Virus record (IMG/VR): IMGVR_UViG_3300027836_000009
Span: 1-64,000 of that record
Reading direction: 5' to 3' (one strand)
Length of the DNA stretch: 64,000 nt
DNA from: a virus
The notes under the pieces were generated by a model. It saw only the letters and a list, made by a program, of their open reading frames with translations. It ran no database searches and was not told the DNA's origin. The position numbers and the translations under genes are program-made. Below, one piece after another: positions 46,406 through 57,231 of this stretch (position 1 is the first letter of the stretch; each line of letters starts with the position of its first letter).

Positions 46406-49400
46406 TGTTACTAACGAATCGATTTAAGCTTTTTAATAAGCAAGGATATAACCTTAACCCGGACTATACAAGTCCTATAGGCGTAATTATAAACGATCCT
46501 GAAGGTATAGGTTACGGAGCTGTGATTAATGCTTACACAAACCCAAGTGGTGAAATTACTTACGTAGAAATTTTAAGTGGTGGTAGCGATTATTCAACAG
46601 ATACATACTTTGAATTTTTTGATGAATTTACAGGTTCAAGATTTGTCACTAGCACTAGCGATATAACATTAAGTGTCACCGGTGAAATCTTATCATTTAT
46701 AATTCCTATAAGTTCAAACAATAAAGGTTTTACATATCCGTCTACAACATTTTTTGTTAACGAATTCTTAGAGCCTGTTTCAACTGGACTTATAGCAACG
46801 GATCACATTTTCGTTATTGAGAATGTTTTTGATTCTGACGGTAGAGAAACATATACTAAACCTAGAGTTGAAGAATACGGTCCGTTTAACATTGCTTCGT
46901 ATAGCAGCAATGGTCTTACAGCAAATATCAAAATTGAAACATTTGCTATAACAGGATCAGTTCTTGGTGGGAATCTTAATAGGATAGTTGGAATACCTGC
47001 ATTATTGATACCTAACTTAAAAGTAGGTATGTATCTTATTGGTACTGGAATTCCAACAAACACAAAGATTACTGAAATAAACACAACGTATAATTACATA
47101 ACTGTTTCAAATAATCTTGTATTAACTGGTGCTTATTCGTTTACTTGTTATGAACCACATAATTTAAGAAAAGGAAATAAGATACGTATTTTTGATACAT
47201 CATCGCCAACTCTTTTAGATGGGGAACAAGTTGTAACTGGTGTAACAATTACTGACATTTATTTTGCCAGTACTCAAACTATATCAACGACTGTAACATC
47301 AACTACTCAGTTTGGTGTTATTCCTGTTTATAGTGCGTACTTAACACCTAGTAGTGATTCTGAGTTTTTCTTATTTGATGTTTCTTATAATGTAGATTAC
47401 CCAACAATTAATAAAAGAAAACAAGTTTACTTTCAATTAAATAATGCTTCGTTAGCAAGCCCCGCGGATTCAATTCCATCAGGAACTAACACAATTTATC
47501 AAAGAACAGTAAACGAATACATTCATAAAGAATCGCTGCAGTTTAATATCGGACTTCAATCAGACGTTGAAGGCGTGTACACAGCACAAATTATGATTGA
47601 CGATATTACATATCCTACACCTAAGAAAATATTTGTAGGACTGTATGAAGGTGAAACAATACCTGAAGATGAACGATTAGGTTCATTGCTTGAAAACTTT
47701 GGTCGCGATGTTGACATGGAGGAAGAACTTATTATGCGTGATTCTGATGTCAATGAAGATCGTGTAGATAATAAGTTGTTAAACGAGAAAAGAAAAGAGA
47801 TGTTACTTGAAGGAGATAACATCTGGCCTTATGTAGGTTCTTATCGTGGTTTGGTTAACATCGTTAACTGGTTTGGCTATTATGATATTCGTATTAAAGA
47901 ATATTGGTTAAATGTAAATATTGAAGACGAGTACTATGGTAAGTATCGTCAAATGGAAATTCCTTTTCAGCTTAAAGATAAAGCAAAGGAAAGCGAAATG
48001 ATATCTTTACTTCCAAGTAGCCACTATAAGAAGACAAATAAATTTGGACTGTATTATGATATTGTTAGAAATAGTGGGGAATTTGACGAATTTGGTGTAC
48101 CTGTTACAGAAGATGCGTTTGCTTATACAAACGAGGAAGTTTTAATAAAACTTTTTGCATTAAAAAGATACTTAAAAAATAAATTCTTACCTCTTAATAC
48201 AAGAATCGTTGATATTACAGGCGAAGGTGTTTATTATGAAAGATACGCAGTAAACAGTTGGTACGATCCTAACGTTTATTTAAACATTGAATTAACTCGT
48301 GATATTGATTTTAAAACAAATTCACCAGTTCAAATAATTGATGCAAGGCCTTTTGATAATAATGATGGGATGACAAGTCCCGATATGAATACTCTTGTGT
48401 CAAATTACTACAACCAATTTAAAATTTCAGATGCATTTATTGATAACCCAGGTGGACCATACTATGGTGTTATACCTCTTGTTTCATTTGTAGGAAATTC
48501 TGTTAATCAGCCTCGAGGCATTGTTAAAATGAAAGGCAATGTAGCATCTATAACGTTTGCTTCTGTTACAGGAACTGGCTATTTAGCTGGAGACGTTATA
48601 ACATTAGCAGGAGGCTCTTATATAAATCCTATACGTTTAACAGTAACAAATGTTAACGCAAATGGCGGTGTCATTGATGCTGATATTTTAGCAGGTCCTG
48701 ACCAAGGATCTCTTTATGCTTCATTACCACCAACTTTTTACCAAGCACTTGTATTAAGACCAAGTGGTACAACTTTTTTTGTTCCTAACGCAACTGGGTT
48801 TAATTGTCTTGCTACTGACATCCCGTTAATTGCTGAAGATATTTATTTCTACGATCGTTTTGACAGCGGCGAAACATTTTCAACATTGCCTACCGCAGTT
48901 TTCTCGCCAGCAATAGGCGGTATATCTGCATTATTAGATGTAACTACTGTTCCTGGAACACCTATTGGTTATTTTACCGATACTGATACAGTAGATCCTT
49001 GGGTTGATGCTCCAGGTATTCCTGTGGGTGGTCCTCTTAATTTGTCAACATCTTTTGATGTTACATGGGATGATATGCAATACGTATGGAAAGATTTAAG
49101 CGGTGCGTCTGACGCGTCTTTTAAGGCATGGGTAGATGGTCAGCTTCAAGCAATTGAGATTCTTAACCCAGGAACTGACTATGCTTATGCACCAGATATA
49201 TTTGTATCAGGAGGAGGAGGGTTTGGCGGGACAGCTGATTCTTCAATTATTAACGGCAAGATTAAGATACTTGAATATGAAATACTAACTGTTAGTAACT
49301 CAGTAGGTATTAATGACTTAATAACTGTCACGCCTGCATTACCTGTAGCTGGCTTATATCAAGTAAGTATTAATAAAATTGTTAAAAGCCCTAATGTACC

Positions 49401-52400
49401 TGACGGTACAATGACAAGCATAGTTAATCAGCCGCTTGATGAAATTGAATTATCTCTATACGATGGTTCGGCAATTACAACAGCGTTAGCGCCCGGTGAT
49501 AAAATTTACATACACGAAGGTATAAATGTTTTAACAAGTGGTACTTATTTAGAATCTCCAACAGTATCAGCAAATGGCGGTAGAGGTGATTCTTACACTT
49601 GGGATAAAATGGGAAGATACGATATGTATCAAATGGCATGGAGAATTTCTTTGACTGGTCCTGAAAATCCTAATCAACAGTTTAACTATTATACTGATAT
49701 AAAGCCTATAGATGAACTTATAAATCATACTGTATTGTTACCTTATGAAGGTGTTTACGCAGTAGAAATGGTGATATATGATACAGATAACAATTTCTTA
49801 ATTAAAAGAAAAGATATAACTGTGACAATGCCATATGCAAACTTTTCGTTTGTTGCAAGATTTGTTACTGATTGTGTTGACACGTGGGATGATTTAGCTC
49901 AAGTACCTACTCCGGTGTTTTCGCAAACGCCAGGTCAATTAAACCCACCAGACAATGAAGGACCTCTTTATGATTGGGATCATGCAACTGGTCGTTGGGT
50001 AAATCCAGTGTTTAACCCAACAACATGGGATGATTCAGAAATCACATGGAATCATTTAGAAGGAGGACCTTTATCTGTATTTAATGATTATAATTTCCCA
50101 TTAGAAAATCCTTTAGAAGTGATCCAAATCTCTGCAGAAGATAATCTTGAATACTATGTTTTATCATATAAAGATTCAACAACAAATCCTGCTGTAGTTA
50201 ACCCAACGATATCTGTCTTTGGGCAAAGACCATATCCAAAAATTGAACCTTTAATAAATCCTAATGATTGGATTTTTATTAGAAGAGATGATGTTACATA
50301 TCAATTAGAAGTGTTATACACAGATTATTCTGTGGCTAATGAAACTAAAATTGAATTAACTACAACTCCGCCATTAGCGTTTACACAAAATCCAACTACG
50401 TGGGAAGTTCTTAGAGAAATAGGCGGCACTATTGTATTAAAAGGAAATCAAATATACGATCCTATCACAAATCCTACAGGTATTGAAATTGGAAAGTACA
50501 TTAGATTAATTGGTGTTGACGATGTACCAAAACAAAAAAGAGTAGGAATTGTTGGAAAAGATAATTACGCAGGAAATCCTAATTACATAGTTTTAAATGG
50601 TGATGTTAACAATTACACAAAAGGTGGCGAAATTGGAAAGATTTATAAAATACGTAATTACGATTCAGCAAATGGCAATCTTAATTGGAATTCTGTAGAA
50701 TCTACGTCAGCTTGGGTAGTAAGACCAGGAATAACTGATAATGTTGAAAAAAATAAATATGTAGGTAAACTTTATATTAATAGTTCGATTGAAGTAGGGT
50801 GTTTACCTGCGGTCCCATCATCTGAAATAAGACCAGGGTTTACAAACATTATTATTTTTGTTCAACTTGATGGCAAAATTATTTATGAACAAAGATTAAG
50901 AACTTTACATACGTTCTTTGACACTAGTAACACTGGTGTTATTTATGATGTATGGAACGGAGCTGGAGTAAATTATAATGGAATTCATGTAATTGACATT
51001 TCTACAGTTGACGGCGGTGAATTATTTAATTTAAACGCGCAGCTTGCCGATTGGTTTACAGCTGGTGCTTCAATTTGGCTGGAGTATGAATATAATGAAT
51101 TTCCAACTCGTACTTATTTAGGTTTAGGATCTGCTGGTGTACCAGAAGTTTATATGGACTTTAATATGTTCCCACCATCAGGCGAATTTATAAGTGCAGA
51201 CCTAAGTTCATTCCCTGCGTCATCATTACCTTTTACAGGTTGGTATTATGATCATGGCATAGCAACTGGTGATTACAGTTTATACGTAGTAAACACAGGT
51301 ACTTGGAGAAATGGATTAGGCACAATTATAACTGTTGATGATTCAGCTTCTGAATTGCTTAGAAGTTCATCGAGTTTTACCGCATATCAATATGACTTTG
51401 ATACTGATAATTCAGAAAAGTATATTGGTTCATTAACTAAAACATGGGAAAATTCTCAACTTATTAATTGGACTGAAGCATGTAACCAATCATGGGATAC
51501 ATATGATTATCAAGATAACTTAGGTTGTAATTTTAACTTAAGCAAAATTGCGCAAAACGGCGGAATACAAATGAATAACGATATTAGTTTCTTATTCACT
51601 GGAATTGTAGGTGGTATGTCACCGGCACAGCAATGGTCACAAGCACTTTATGAATTAAGAAAAACTGATAACCCATCACTTTCAAGATTTAGTTATCAAC
51701 TTAATAGCGTTTCAGATATGAAATTTATATTAGGAAGAGTTGATACATACACGGATCCTACAAAGATATTTGATTACCAAACTTCTGGTCCAACCCCAGT
51801 TGTAGGAGATGTCATTGTTGCTGAAAACGTCGGACCTGCTCAAGATATTGTTAATGTAACATCTGATTTAGAATTAGCAAATCCTATACCTAAAAAGGTT
51901 GCTTTTACAGCAACGGCTACTGCTGGTGATTATTCAATTAAGAATATTACAGGCTTAATGGAATCTGAAATTTATATAGGAGATACAATCACAGGTCCTG
52001 GATTACCCGTTACGCCAAGTACTGGAGCAACAGTTTTAGAAATATATGCTTATGATGGTGTTGTTAGAACTTTAAGATTATCTGAACCTGCGTCAGTAAA
52101 TGCAACATGGAATACTTATTACTTAGAATGGGTAACGCCTGCAAACAGTTTATTAGGTTTACAACATTTATTGGAAAACGGAACTTTTTTAATTGATGCA
52201 TTTGCGAATACGCCAAGTGTTGACCAATTAGGATGGTTAATTGGACAAAATGGTATTGAATTCTATAATGAAGTAACAAGATCAAACGATCCTATTTCAC
52301 ATACATATCCTATTAAAAATCTTTATCACAATGTAGGCTATGGAATCGGTAAAGTTGGTGGTTTCTTAACGGGGATGAAAGAACTTGTAATTAATGAAAG

Positions 52401-52860
52401 ATCATTACAAGTTTATTTTTATGAAGGCATAAATCCAAATGCTGGTGAACCTGGATGGTATCCTGCAGCTTCGTTAGCGCCTGCTTATTCATTTTTTAAT
52501 GACCCAGCTTTTAGTAATGTTTTAGAAGCTGAAACACAATCTAATCGTTTACCTTATGAATCAGCAATAGGCGGATCTTGGAGATGGGAAGATTCAATTA
52601 TAGGAACGCTACCTGCAAAAATACCACAAGGCACAAGCGTTTTACTTACACCGGATGCAAGTAAAATAGCAGGAAAAACAAAATTTGGTTGGAAGATATA
52701 TGAAGATTCAAATCTTCTTGTCGAAACAACTGACCCAACTATCTTATGGGAATTTTCATACCCGGGTAAGTTCACTGTTGAATTAACCATAGAAGATACA
52801 AACGGTAATGTAAGAATAGATACGAAAAAAGATTTCTTTGAAGTTTATGGCGAAAACTAA
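46405..52860 (+). CDS. Very large baseplate wedge/tail protein (gp7-like) with C-terminal PKD-like domain
   Basis: 2151 aa; YVGSYRGLVNIVNWFGY wedge-like motif; beta-rich; PGKFTVELTIEDTNGN. Confidence 0.65.
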   Translation: MLLTNRFKLFNKQGYNLNPDYTSPIGVIINDPEGIGYGAVINAYTNPSGEITYVEILSGGSDYSTDTYFEFFDEFTGSRFVTSTSDITLSVTGEILSFIIPISSNNKGFTYPSTTFFVNEFLEPVSTGLIATDHIFVIENVFDSDGRETYTKPRVEEYGPFNIASYSSNGLTANIKIETFAITGSVLGGNLNRIVGIPALLIPNLKVGMYLIGTGIPTNTKITEINTTYNYITVSNNLVLTGAYSFTCYEPHNLRKGNKIRIFDTSSPTLLDGEQVVTGVTITDIYFASTQTISTTVTSTTQFGVIPVYSAYLTPSSDSEFFLFDVSYNVDYPTINKRKQVYFQLNNASLASPADSIPSGTNTIYQRTVNEYIHKESLQFNIGLQSDVEGVYTAQIMIDDITYPTPKKIFVGLYEGETIPEDERLGSLLENFGRDVDMEEELIMRDSDVNEDRVDNKLLNEKRKEMLLEGDNIWPYVGSYRGLVNIVNWFGYYDIRIKEYWLNVNIEDEYYGKYRQMEIPFQLKDKAKESEMISLLPSSHYKKTNKFGLYYDIVRNSGEFDEFGVPVTEDAFAYTNEEVLIKLFALKRYLKNKFLPLNTRIVDITGEGVYYERYAVNSWYDPNVYLNIELTRDIDFKTNSPVQIIDARPFDNNDGMTSPDMNTLVSNYYNQFKISDAFIDNPGGPYYGVIPLVSFVGNSVNQPRGIVKMKGNVASITFASVTGTGYLAGDVITLAGGSYINPIRLTVTNVNANGGVIDADILAGPDQGSLYASLPPTFYQALVLRPSGTTFFVPNATGFNCLATDIPLIAEDIYFYDRFDSGETFSTLPTAVFSPAIGGISALLDVTTVPGTPIGYFTDTDTVDPWVDAPGIPVGGPLNLSTSFDVTWDDMQYVWKDLSGASDASFKAWVDGQLQAIEILNPGTDYAYAPDIFVSGGGGFGGTADSSIINGKIKILEYEILTVSNSVGINDLITVTPALPVAGLYQVSINKIVKSPNVPDGTMTSIVNQPLDEIELSLYDGSAITTALAPGDKIYIHEGINVLTSGTYLESPTVSANGGRGDSYTWDKMGRYDMYQMAWRISLTGPENPNQQFNYYTDIKPIDELINHTVLLPYEGVYAVEMVIYDTDNNFLIKRKDITVTMPYANFSFVARFVTDCVDTWDDLAQVPTPVFSQTPGQLNPPDNEGPLYDWDHATGRWVNPVFNPTTWDDSEITWNHLEGGPLSVFNDYNFPLENPLEVIQISAEDNLEYYVLSYKDSTTNPAVVNPTISVFGQRPYPKIEPLINPNDWIFIRRDDVTYQLEVLYTDYSVANETKIELTTTPPLAFTQNPTTWEVLREIGGTIVLKGNQIYDPITNPTGIEIGKYIRLIGVDDVPKQKRVGIVGKDNYAGNPNYIVLNGDVNNYTKGGEIGKIYKIRNYDSANGNLNWNSVESTSAWVVRPGITDNVEKNKYVGKLYINSSIEVGCLPAVPSSEIRPGFTNIIIFVQLDGKIIYEQRLRTLHTFFDTSNTGVIYDVWNGAGVNYNGIHVIDISTVDGGELFNLNAQLADWFTAGASIWLEYEYNEFPTRTYLGLGSAGVPEVYMDFNMFPPSGEFISADLSSFPASSLPFTGWYYDHGIATGDYSLYVVNTGTWRNGLGTIITVDDSASELLRSSSSFTAYQYDFDTDNSEKYIGSLTKTWENSQLINWTEACNQSWDTYDYQDNLGCNFNLSKIAQNGGIQMNNDISFLFTGIVGGMSPAQQWSQALYELRKTDNPSLSRFSYQLNSVSDMKFILGRVDTYTDPTKIFDYQTSGPTPVVGDVIVAENVGPAQDIVNVTSDLELANPIPKKVAFTATATAGDYSIKNITGLMESEIYIGDTITGPGLPVTPSTGATVLEIYAYDGVVRTLRLSEPASVNATWNTYYLEWVTPANSLLGLQHLLENGTFLIDAFANTPSVDQLGWLIGQNGIEFYNEVTRSNDPISHTYPIKNLYHNVGYGIGKVGGFLTGMKELVINERSLQVYFYEGINPNAGEPGWYPAASLAPAYSFFNDPAFSNVLEAETQSNRLPYESAIGGSWRWEDSIIGTLPAKIPQGTSVLLTPDASKIAGKTKFGWKIYEDSNLLVETTDPTILWEFSYPGKFTVELTIEDTNGNVRIDTKKDFFEVYGEN

Positions 52861-54259
52861 TAGATTAATAATTAATGTGCCTGACGCTTTATTAAAAGCT
52901 CAAGACCAATTTTTAAGAACACCTTCTATTGAAGATGGTAATAGTGATGATGTGCTACAAGGAAAGATATACACATCTGAGTTAACAATTAATGATAACT
53001 ATAGTGTAAATTATACATCAAGTATAACAAAAGTTGACTTTCAAAATATAAAGTCAGGAAATTTTTACATTGTTAACATACATTGTTCATATCTTGCGCA
53101 ACAAGCAAGCGTAGCAGCAACAAATCCTGGACTATACGGGTCTGAATTAATAAAAACAGGTGAGCCGTTCACAATTATAAGTTCAACTGGTGATTATGTA
53201 AGAGGTGTTGTTTCGGAAATTGTTGAAATTATACCTACGCAATTACAATCTAATTATCCTGAAGTTTGGGAGTATAATTTTGAACTTTCATGTATTATTG
53301 CGCAAGGCAATCCTAAAGAAATCTCGCCAGGCCAGTGGTTTATTTGGAAAAGACAAATGTATCAAGATCATTCAACATTTAATGAAGCATATCCGCCAGT
53401 TAATTTAACTGCGTCTTTTAATTCAACGACAAAAGAAATCTTCTTTTATTGGGATGATGTTAATCAATCAAGTAGAACTTACAGGCTACAGCTAAGAGAC
53501 CCATCAGATAGTATTACCCCTTACATATATAAAACACAAGTTCATGGCCCGCTATCAAATAGCGATACTTCGTTAAAAGCTTTTGTTAATAATGGAAATG
53601 TACAAACAATTAAAATAGTTGAGCCGGGCGTAGGTTTAAATTCCAATCGTTCTTTAATAATTAAAGGAGTTGGAACAGGCGCAGTTTGGGCAACTCGTCT
53701 TGATAATAAAGGAGCATTAATGATAAACACGTTTGATGTTTGTGCCATATCTGGTTCTGCAAATCCTTCATACCTTGAACTTGGTTTATTTGCAAGAAAG
53801 ACACGTCCTGAATATGGCGGCACATATCCGCTACCTACAATTAATTCATACATTGAAGGTTTACCGCCTTTAGGCACAACAACAAATTTTTATGTGCATT
53901 CTATATTATATTCAGGCAGACAATTTGGAATTGAGGTTCGCGATGCTGATACAGGATTGGGGGTAGACATTACACAAGAATGGTATGATGAAGTTCTTAA
54001 ATCTGAAATCAAAACACATGATGGTGTATATAAAATACAAAACGGATCAGGATATAATTACAGAACATTGGCTAGTGTAAAAACTATACCTAATGGCGTT
54101 CGTGCTTATTGGGATCCCGTTTTTGGAGTACCTACCAATTCAGCTCCGTTTAATTATTCAACAAATAAACTCTGGGCTTGGTCAGTATCCGCAACATATG
54201 ATGAGATAAATAAACTATACACAGAATGGACAGCAGAAGAATACATAAACCTAGCATAA
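52847..54259 (+). CDS. Structural protein with FN3-like segment
   Basis: PPVNLTASF...FYWDDV...YRLQLR; likely start ATG 52847. Confidence 0.55.
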   Translation: MAKTNRLIINVPDALLKAQDQFLRTPSIEDGNSDDVLQGKIYTSELTINDNYSVNYTSSITKVDFQNIKSGNFYIVNIHCSYLAQQASVAATNPGLYGSELIKTGEPFTIISSTGDYVRGVVSEIVEIIPTQLQSNYPEVWEYNFELSCIIAQGNPKEISPGQWFIWKRQMYQDHSTFNEAYPPVNLTASFNSTTKEIFFYWDDVNQSSRTYRLQLRDPSDSITPYIYKTQVHGPLSNSDTSLKAFVNNGNVQTIKIVEPGVGLNSNRSLIIKGVGTGAVWATRLDNKGALMINTFDVCAISGSANPSYLELGLFARKTRPEYGGTYPLPTINSYIEGLPPLGTTTNFYVHSILYSGRQFGIEVRDADTGLGVDITQEWYDEVLKSEIKTHDGVYKIQNGSGYNYRTLASVKTIPNGVRAYWDPVFGVPTNSAPFNYSTNKLWAWSVSATYDEINKLYTEWTAEEYINLA

Positions 54260-54813
54260 ACGAAATTTCAATAAAAGGGAAACGATCTGAAAAGCTTGCT
54301 ATATTTGACTTAGATGATACGCTCATCATTTCACAAGCGAAGATACAGGTCATAGATCCTAAATCGGGGAGGGTTCTTAAATCCCTTACACCGGAACAAT
54401 TTAACCATTATGTACATGATCACAATCACGCATTATCATTTACTGAATTTGAGGATGCGGAAATTTTGAGAAGATCTACATTTATAACAGAGATATTGGA
54501 AAAGTTATTAAATTTTTACACCAGCGGAGTACATGTCTCAATTGTAACAGCAAGATCTAATACAAAACTGATTCGTGATTTTTTCTTAGAAAAAGGAATA
54601 AACATTCACCCGGATTTGGTGTTTGCCGTAAATGATCCCAGGTATAATTTTAAAGGTAATGTTGCCGAAAAGAAAAAGCAAGCAATACACGGGCTCATAG
54701 AATACGGTTATAAAGATTTAGTTTTCTTTGACGACAACGATGACAATCTCCGATTAGCAAAAGAAATTGAAAAGGAGAAAGATGTCAAAGTTGAAACTGT
54801 CAAAGTTGGTTGA
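54226..54813 (+). CDS. HAD-family phosphatase
   Basis: IFDLDDTL, VTARS, FFDDNDDNL. Confidence 0.8.
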   Translation: MDSRRIHKPSINEISIKGKRSEKLAIFDLDDTLIISQAKIQVIDPKSGRVLKSLTPEQFNHYVHDHNHALSFTEFEDAEILRRSTFITEILEKLLNFYTSGVHVSIVTARSNTKLIRDFFLEKGINIHPDLVFAVNDPRYNFKGNVAEKKKQAIHGLIEYGYKDLVFFDDNDDNLRLAKEIEKEKDVKVETVKVG

Positions 54814-54853
54814 AATTATATAGGACGAGATCCTATGCAAAAAATAAAAGATT

Positions 54854-55642
54854 ATGGCAAGACCTAAAAATAAAGCCAAGACAGATGAATACTTTGATGA
54901 AGTATTTCCACTTGGATATACATCTTCATCACAAACATCAAACAAGTTTAATCTTGATAAGATTACGGTTGATTTGAAATGTAAAAATCCAAACCAAAAA
55001 ACTTTTATTAACTTAATCAGTGATAACAAAATTACAATCGCTGCTGGCCCTGCAGGAACAGGGAAAACATATCTTGCTTGCGCACAAGCATTGAAAATGT
55101 TAAAGTCAGATCCAAAATTTAAAAGAATAATACTTGTAAAAAGTGTAACGGTTTTAGAAGGCGAAGAAATAGGATTCCTAAAAGGAGATATGAAAGAAAA
55201 AATGTATCCTTTTACAATTTCTTTTCTTGATAACTTTCACAAACTTATTGGAGAAGGCATAACACAAATCATGCTTGACATGGGACTTATTCAAGTTCTA
55301 CCATTAGCTTATATTCGTGGTCGTTCAATTGACAACGCAATCATAATCGTTGACGAAGCTCAAAACATTACTAAAAAGAATATGAGGTCTACATTGACCC
55401 GTATCGGTACTGATTCTATAATGATCATTACAGGTGATACTAAACAAATTGATATGAAGAATCATCAGATGTCTTCACTCGAATTGGTTGTTCACTTATT
55501 TGCCGATAAGCCTAATATAGGAGTATTGGAATTTGATAAAAATGATATCGTTAGGGATCCTATCGTTATGTTAATCGAACAAACTTTTGATGATTGGGAA
55601 GAATCCCAAACAACTACACATCCTAAAAAGGATATTTCGTAA
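54854..55642 (+). CDS. phoH: PhoH-family ATPase
   Basis: GPAGTGKT, LAYIRGRS, VDEAQN, GDTKQID. Confidence 0.93.
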   Translation: MARPKNKAKTDEYFDEVFPLGYTSSSQTSNKFNLDKITVDLKCKNPNQKTFINLISDNKITIAAGPAGTGKTYLACAQALKMLKSDPKFKRIILVKSVTVLEGEEIGFLKGDMKEKMYPFTISFLDNFHKLIGEGITQIMLDMGLIQVLPLAYIRGRSIDNAIIIVDEAQNITKKNMRSTLTRIGTDSIMIITGDTKQIDMKNHQMSSLELVVHLFADKPNIGVLEFDKNDIVRDPIVMLIEQTFDDWEESQTTTHPKKDIS

Positions 55643-56075
55643 TATAACCAATTTTTGAATTAAACCAATGTTCGCCGTATGAAACAAATAACTGTTCTTC
55701 GGCGGATATTGGTTTTATTGTTTTTATACCAATAAGATTAAGTTCGTAGTCAGCAATAAACTGACAATTATTATCATCTTTATGATTATACAGAGCCACC
55801 CATCCCATTGGGAATCCACCGTCTGCTTGCCAGTTCACAGTGTATTGGTCAAGTTTTAAATCTCCGTTTGGAATTCCTTCAGCTTGACAAGACCAAATTG
55901 CTATTTCCATTAACTGTCGTGGATAAACAACAACAGGAGCTATTTCAATAATAACTCCGTCGTTGATGTTTTCTTTTGTAAAAATCCCCCAGCCGCCTAT
56001 TTGTGGAACTGACTGAATTTCTAATCTCGAATCTATAAAAGGTTTATAATTCGAGTCCTGAAGATTTTTTTGCAT
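55623..56075 (-). CDS. SET-domain protein (lysine methyltransferase-like)
   Basis: GWGIFT, LYNH, IKPISAEEQLFVSYG. Confidence 0.85.
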   Translation of the reverse strand: MQKNLQDSNYKPFIDSRLEIQSVPQIGGWGIFTKENINDGVIIEIAPVVVYPRQLMEIAIWSCQAEGIPNGDLKLDQYTVNWQADGGFPMGWVALYNHKDDNNCQFIADYELNLIGIKTIKPISAEEQLFVSYGEHWFNSKIGYITKYPF

Positions 56076-56334
56076 TACAAGTACTTTTTAAATTTTCAGG
56101 AAAATCTGGTACTTGAGAATAAACAAACTCAGGTACTTTCCCACATTTTTTACAAATGACAACATCCATAGGTAGATATTCTTCTTTGCCACTTGGACTC
56201 AATAATGCTGGTAATCTTTTAAATATAGATACAGATTCAAATAGCTGTGGTTCCTCATCACATCCTACCCATTCTAATGTTCGTGGATCGACTCTCATCT
56301 GTCCTAATCCATCTTCTTTTCCTAGATTCATCAT
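56044..56334 (-). CDS. Small protein with CxxC zinc-ribbon-like motif
   Basis: FKRLPALLSPSGKE..PM.V.ICKKCG. Confidence 0.7.
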   Translation of the reverse strand: MMNLGKEDGLGQMRVDPRTLEWVGCDEEPQLFESVSIFKRLPALLSPSGKEEYLPMDVVICKKCGKVPEFVYSQVPDFPENLKSTCNAKKSSGLEL

Positions 56335-56423
56335 TCTTTCTTTTCTTATGTTTCTACTGTTGTTTACTATCTTAGTCTACCTACTTCAATCTATCTATCC
56401 TTCCACCTGACTAACCGTATAGT

Positions 56424-56449
56424 TTTTATACATAGTTTGTAAATAGTTC
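56424..56449 (-). promoter_or_regulatory. Class A promoter (minus strand)
   Basis: Reverse complement GAACTA-N12-GTATAAAA. Confidence 0.6.
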
Positions 56450-56459
56450 TGTCTAATAT

Positions 56460-56486
56460 GAACTAATTAAAGAAAAATGTATATAA
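56460..56486 (+). promoter_or_regulatory. Class A promoter
   Basis: GAACTA-N13-GTATATAA. Confidence 0.7.
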
Positions 56487-56507
56487 AAATTAAAATAAAT
56501 TAAAATT

Positions 56508-57230
56508 ATGTTTAGTGAAAGTAAATTAAAAACAATGCTGTTCTTTGATATTGAAACAGCTGGTAAGTATTCAAACTACGAAGAATTTGAAAACGCAGAT
56601 CCTGCAGGTGCTGAGATGTGGCATAAGAAAATGAATCGTCAAAAAATTGAAGACTACAAAAAAGGTTATGAACAAAACGTTGCTCTTTATCCAGAGTTTG
56701 GACAAATCGTAACAATGTCGTATGGCTTATGGAATCCTGATAAATATGCAGGAGGGAACGGTTATAATGTAGGTTCAATAACATTAGATGACGGCGATAC
56801 TGAATATGATTCTTTAAAAAGAATTGCGATGGTATTTCATAATGCATCAGCAAACGGTTTAGTTCCTACCGGCTGGAATATCAAAAACTTTGACGTTCCG
56901 TGGATTGTTCGTAAATTACATAATGTAGGATTACAAGTTCCATCTTGCTTAAGTACTTATGATAAAAAGCCTTGGGAAGTTGGTGTTATTGATTTAAAAG
57001 AAATGTGGAAAAGTAATTCAAGTCTTGATGTAACTTTTGAAGAAGCTGCTTATAGTATGGGAATCCCAACTCCTAAAGATGACATTGATGGAAGTCAAGT
57101 ACATGAAACATATCATAATTATGGATTGGATAGAATTCAAACTTATTGTGAAAAAGACGTTAAGACAATGATTCATCTTGTTACTGCTATTTCAAAAATT
57201 TACAACCCAGGAGTATTAAAAACTGTTTAA
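56508..57230 (+). CDS. DEDDy 3'-5' exonuclease (PolB-exonuclease-like)
   Basis: FFDIET, GWNIKNFD, YCEKDV. Confidence 0.88.
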   Translation: MFSESKLKTMLFFDIETAGKYSNYEEFENADPAGAEMWHKKMNRQKIEDYKKGYEQNVALYPEFGQIVTMSYGLWNPDKYAGGNGYNVGSITLDDGDTEYDSLKRIAMVFHNASANGLVPTGWNIKNFDVPWIVRKLHNVGLQVPSCLSTYDKKPWEVGVIDLKEMWKSNSSLDVTFEEAAYSMGIPTPKDDIDGSQVHETYHNYGLDRIQTYCEKDVKTMIHLVTAISKIYNPGVLKTV

Positions 57231-57231
57231 T

